In this document: in pieces, positions 60,448-64,000 of the stretch
Layout: the number at the start of each line of letters is the position of its first letter
How positions within the stretch are numbered: position 1 is the first letter of the stretch
DNA from: Planctomycetota bacterium
GTDB taxonomy: Bacteria > Planctomycetota > UBA8108 > SXIK01
Assembly (NCBI GenBank): GCA_965223265.1
Contig: OZ244999.1
Span: 7,744,001 to 7,808,000, forward strand
Direction of reading: 5' to 3'
DNA: 64,000 nucleotides
Made by a program: the position numbers and the translations under genes
The notes under the pieces: model-generated
Told to the model about the DNA's origin: nothing
Database searches by the model: none
The model's input: only the letters and a program-made list of their open reading frames with translations

Positions 60448-63400
60448 CTATTGCCGCCGGAAAGGCGTCGAATCGTCGAACCGCCACTCCTTCAGGAAGG
60501 CGATCAGATCCGCCATCGCCGGGACATCGAGCTCTCTCTCGAGCCCTTCAGGCATGAATGACGTCCCATCCGTCGAGATCGCGGCAACCTCCTCAGGCGA
60601 CAAAACAGTCGAGACGCCGTCGGCTTGGCGGACCGTGAGAAAGTTCGCCGACTCCTCCGCCAGGACCCCACTCAGAACTCTCCCGTCGACAAGTGTCAGG
60701 GCGTAGGCTAGATAGTTCCCGTCAACAGCTCGATTCGGATCGAGGATGTCGACCAGAATCGACTCGCGGCTCCGGGTCCGGGTGTCAGAGATGTCCGGGC
60801 CGACGTCGGTGCCGATCCCAGCCACTCTGTGACACGTAGCGCAGTTTTTCGTGAAGACGGCGCGGCCCCGACCTTTGTCGCCCGTCAGTGCCAGCGCTGG
60901 CGAATAGCCGCGGAGGACTCGGCTGCGATCCTCGGCGCTGCGGCGCGCGAAAAGCTTCGCGGCACGGCCGCGGAGCTTCGCATCGCTCGCACGCTCAAGA
61001 GATGCCCGTGCACTCGTCGGCACCTCCGCTGCGGCCACCACGCCGCGCTCCACAGCGTCGACGAAGGCGCGGGCGCCTGCTGCACCTCGCGTCAACAGGT
61101 CGGCAGCGACGCGGCGATGGGCGGGCGAAAGCCGCGCCCAAGATTCCATCAGCAGAGGCGCGACGCGCCCAGAATCGAACGCCGCCAGACCCCGGAGCAC
61201 CGCGGGTCGCAGCGGGGCGGTGCCCGAAGCGGCATCCGCGGCAAGCAGGAGTTCCGAAAGAAGGGAGCGACAGTCTTCGAACGAAGACGTCGCAGCAAGG
61301 AGAATCGCCGCGCACTCTCGCTCCTCCAAGGCGTTGGCGGTGTCGGCGACCGCGGCACGAGCGGCCGCTGCATCCGCGGCGATGCGCGCTTCGAGCGCGG
61401 CGCGATCCAGTGTCACGAGAGTCGACGTCGACCGCGGAATCGTGGTACCCGCGGCCGCCATCTGCCGGAAGTTGACGCCGCGACCGATCAAACCTTCGGC
61501 ACAGCGACTCGCGGCGACGATACGCCATCGTGCGGCAGCCTCACCACGAAGCTGGCCCAGTTGGACGTAGTACGCCAATCCGTCACCTACAGGGAGTCGG
61601 CGCCCCACAGCGTTCGAGAGTTGCGAGACCAGCTCGTAGGTACCATGCAGTGGCGACGTCGATTCCACGTGCGGTGGCTCGACCACGGCCGCCTCGAGGA
61701 TCGCCAGCGCCAGCTGCGCGGTGAGCGCTGAGGCGGAGCTGATCACGGCAGAACGAACGTGAGAATCGGCGCCGTCACGCCGGGCGATCTCGACGAGCAC
61801 AGGCAATCTCTGCGAGCGCGGCAACTCACCGAGGGTGAGCGCCGCTTGAAAGCGGACCCCGCGATCGTTGTCGCGCGTGAGATCGACGACTCGTGCCTGC
61901 AGGCGCTCGACCGATTCACGCAGTGCTCTGCCGGTGTTCGATTCGGGGACGCCGCGCGCCGCGGCGAGGTGGCTCTCCGCGAGCCGAAGCGCCGCGCGTC
62001 GTAGACGTGGATCGGGATCGTCGCACACTACTTCGATGAGCTCGCTGACGAGCGCACCCCATCCCTCGAGGGTCCACAAGGCGTGGAGTCTTCCGAGCGG
62101 CTCAGCACCGGCGCGGACGATGCGCTCGAGTGCCTTCACGTCGCCGCGGCCGCGCTCGACGAGTAGCCGCTGCGCCGTCGCACGGGTCCATGCGTTGGGA
62201 TGCCCCAACGCCGCGACGAGATCCGCGGCCGAAGACGTCGCGAGATGTGACCGCGGCACTGCGACGTCTCTTTGCGCGGTCGCTGGCACGATGCGATAGA
62301 TGCGGCCGCGGTCCTGCCCGTCGAGCACGTCCGGGCGATCCTTCAGCTCGGGAGGCATCCACGCCGGGTGCTCGATGACGGCGCGGTACATATCGACGAC
62401 GTAGAGTGCGCCGTCAGCGCCCGTCGCCAAGTTGACGGGTCGAAACCACTCGTCGGCGGTGCGAAGAAACTCAGTGTCGGTCTCTTGGCGGTAGCCGACG
62501 TAGGTCGAGCCCGTGAACTCGAGGCGCTCGCGATGCACGACGTTCGCAGTCGGGTCGCAAGTGAACCCATCGCCCCGCAACGCCGGAAGGAGGCCACCGC
62601 GGTAGACGTGGACGCCGCAGGCAGCCGTAAATGTTCCAGCGTGCAGGTTCGAGGTTGTCCAGTTCTTGCTGATCGGAAAGAGACGTGCCGGCGCGCCGTC
62701 CGCTGAGACGTCCTCGGCGACGGGCGCAACCGGGACCACTTCGTTGCGGCGAACGTATCGGTCCGGCAGAACGACGAAACGTAGATGTTGACGGTTGGTG
62801 CAGACGAAACGCCTGCCTTCGTCGTCGAACGACATGCCGAACTGGCTGAGGCCTGACGCCGCCTCAAGGCGGAGCGTCTGCGGCAAAAAACGAAAGTCAC
62901 GCCCACGAATCGACAGCGAGGTGCCATCGACATGCTCCGGCGAACGAGAATTCCCAAGTGCAGCGATGGCAGCGGCGGTCACGGATACGTCGGTGTTACG
63001 CAACCCATTGCCGACGTAGATCCAATTGTCGATGGCGAGCGTCGGGTGGCTCGGTAGGAGCTGCGAGTTCTTTTCCACGAATCCGGAAAAGAGGACACGC
63101 CTGTGGTCCGCCTTGCTGTCGCCGTCGTAATCTTCGAGATAGAGAAGCTCACGCTCAGTTGTCACGTAGGCGCCCCGCCGCCAGAGCGCCAGTCCGGTCG
63201 GAAATCGAAGCTGCGATGCGAACAGCGTTGCACGCTCGAAGAACCCATCACCATCGTCGTCATGCAAGACTTTGACGCGTCCTCCGGCCGCTTCCCCGCT
63301 GGCTGGTCCCCACGGGTAATCTCCCATCTCGACGACCCAAAGGCGGCCACCAGCGTCGAATGCGATCGCCACGGGATCTGTCACCTCAGGTTCGTGGGCG

Positions 63401-63648
63401 ACAAGCTCGACGGCGTATCCTGAAACAATCTCGAGGCCGGCGCGAGCTGCGCTTGGTGCCAACGGCGAAATCGTCTCCTCCGACCGCAACAATGAGACAG
63501 AGCCGAGCAGAGCCAATGCGAAAACAACGCTCCGAATGGAATCGAAGCGCAGCGTCGAATGCCGGCGAATAACGGTGAGCGAAGACGGCGTACAGTCCGA
63601 CGAACGAAACGGTGCGTCGCCGCCATCTCTTGCCAGCATTGGGGACAT
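60448..63648 (-). CDS. PVC-type heme-binding CxxCH protein (propeller dehydrogenase + HEAT repeats + cytochrome c)
   Basis: VAHEPEVTDPVAIAFD, EMGDYP, QFGMSFDD, WFRPVN, DMYR.VIEHP, CATCH, GPDIS, SFMPEGLE; start uncertain. Confidence 0.9.
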   Translation of the reverse strand: MSPMLARDGGDAPFRSSDCTPSSLTVIRRHSTLRFDSIRSVVFALALLGSVSLLRSEETISPLAPSAARAGLEIVSGYAVELVAHEPEVTDPVAIAFDAGGRLWVVEMGDYPWGPASGEAAGGRVKVLHDDDGDGFFERATLFASQLRFPTGLALWRRGAYVTTERELLYLEDYDGDSKADHRRVLFSGFVEKNSQLLPSHPTLAIDNWIYVGNGLRNTDVSVTAAAIAALGNSRSPEHVDGTSLSIRGRDFRFLPQTLRLEAASGLSQFGMSFDDEGRRFVCTNRQHLRFVVLPDRYVRRNEVVPVAPVAEDVSADGAPARLFPISKNWTTSNLHAGTFTAACGVHVYRGGLLPALRGDGFTCDPTANVVHRERLEFTGSTYVGYRQETDTEFLRTADEWFRPVNLATGADGALYVVDMYRAVIEHPAWMPPELKDRPDVLDGQDRGRIYRIVPATAQRDVAVPRSHLATSSAADLVAALGHPNAWTRATAQRLLVERGRGDVKALERIVRAGAEPLGRLHALWTLEGWGALVSELIEVVCDDPDPRLRRAALRLAESHLAAARGVPESNTGRALRESVERLQARVVDLTRDNDRGVRFQAALTLGELPRSQRLPVLVEIARRDGADSHVRSAVISSASALTAQLALAILEAAVVEPPHVESTSPLHGTYELVSQLSNAVGRRLPVGDGLAYYVQLGQLRGEAAARWRIVAASRCAEGLIGRGVNFRQMAAAGTTIPRSTSTLVTLDRAALEARIAADAAAARAAVADTANALEERECAAILLAATSSFEDCRSLLSELLLAADAASGTAPLRPAVLRGLAAFDSGRVAPLLMESWARLSPAHRRVAADLLTRGAAGARAFVDAVERGVVAAAEVPTSARASLERASDAKLRGRAAKLFARRSAEDRSRVLRGYSPALALTGDKGRGRAVFTKNCATCHRVAGIGTDVGPDISDTRTRSRESILVDILDPNRAVDGNYLAYALTLVDGRVLSGVLAEESANFLTVRQADGVSTVLSPEEVAAISTDGTSFMPEGLERELDVPAMADLIAFLKEWRFDDSTPFRRQ

Positions 63649-63968
63649 GTGCTGCGTCTCTCTCACGGTTCTCCCGGCGCCCGCGGAGTCTCGCGGCGCC
63701 GGCGGCAGCACCAGTGGAATCGCTGGCTGCGACGAACGAAAGCAGAATCCCAACGCTGCGCGCGACGAGACCGTCCGGCGTTCGTTCTGTCGCCGGCGCC
63801 GACGTCCAACTCAGGCACTTCCCGATTGCGCTGTCGGGCAGAATCGCTACATTGAAGCCGATCCCAACTGTTTGGTGATCGTTAGCTCGGCGCCGGTCGA
63901 ACGCTCGACGGGCTCCTTGAATCCCACCGTAAGGGTTGAGAATCTCGCGCGAAAGGAGCATTTCATTC

Positions 63969-64000
63969 ATGGCGAAACTCAACGAAATCGAGGGCATTGG
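63969..64000 (+). CDS. 5' end of a helix-hairpin-helix protein (DUF4332-like), truncated by window
   Basis: AAAGGAG RBS, then MAKLNEIEGIG (HhH IxGIG motif). Confidence 0.6.
   Translation, partial: MAKLNEIEGI

Noticed and set aside
1-64000. CRISPR arrays, tRNA/rRNA, IS elements, prophage
   Set aside because: No regularly spaced repeats, cloverleaf with T-loop and CCA, transposase, integrase or phage structural genes recognised

Overview
GC-rich, gene-dense 64 kb chromosomal window. Its gene content points strongly to Planctomycetota, probably an uncultured lineage: DUF1501/DUF1549/DUF1553 clusters, planctomycete cytochrome c-WD40, a PVC-type CxxCH dehydrogenase, an ECF-Ser/Thr kinase pair and several dockerin-like proteins. 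About 40 CDSs, mostly secreted or envelope proteins, plus pncB, cls, the mrfAB-type repair pair and a GT-A/GT-C glycosylation locus. No rRNA, tRNA, CRISPR array, transposase, integrase or prophage was recognised. Most interesting signals: (1) a non-cellulosomal dockerin/cohesin-like surface system, with a Doc-Coh-Doc-Coh-Doc scaffold at 22740-24962 and two other dockerin-tagged secreted proteins; the scaffold lies behind an ECF-type promoter next to an ECF sigma with a phosphorylation-type sigma2.2 motif that is translationally coupled to a soluble kinase-PEGA-FGE protein; (2) a ~190-290 nt candidate structured RNA on the minus strand between two divergent zinc-protease genes (45660-45954); (3) a membrane-anchored toxin-like nuclease domain with no immunity gene; (4) an OmcB-like DUF11 lipoprotein; (5) sigma54 sites, REP-like repeats and a GYDDG-repeat lipoprotein. 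All calls come from reading motifs by eye; no database searches or folding programs were run.
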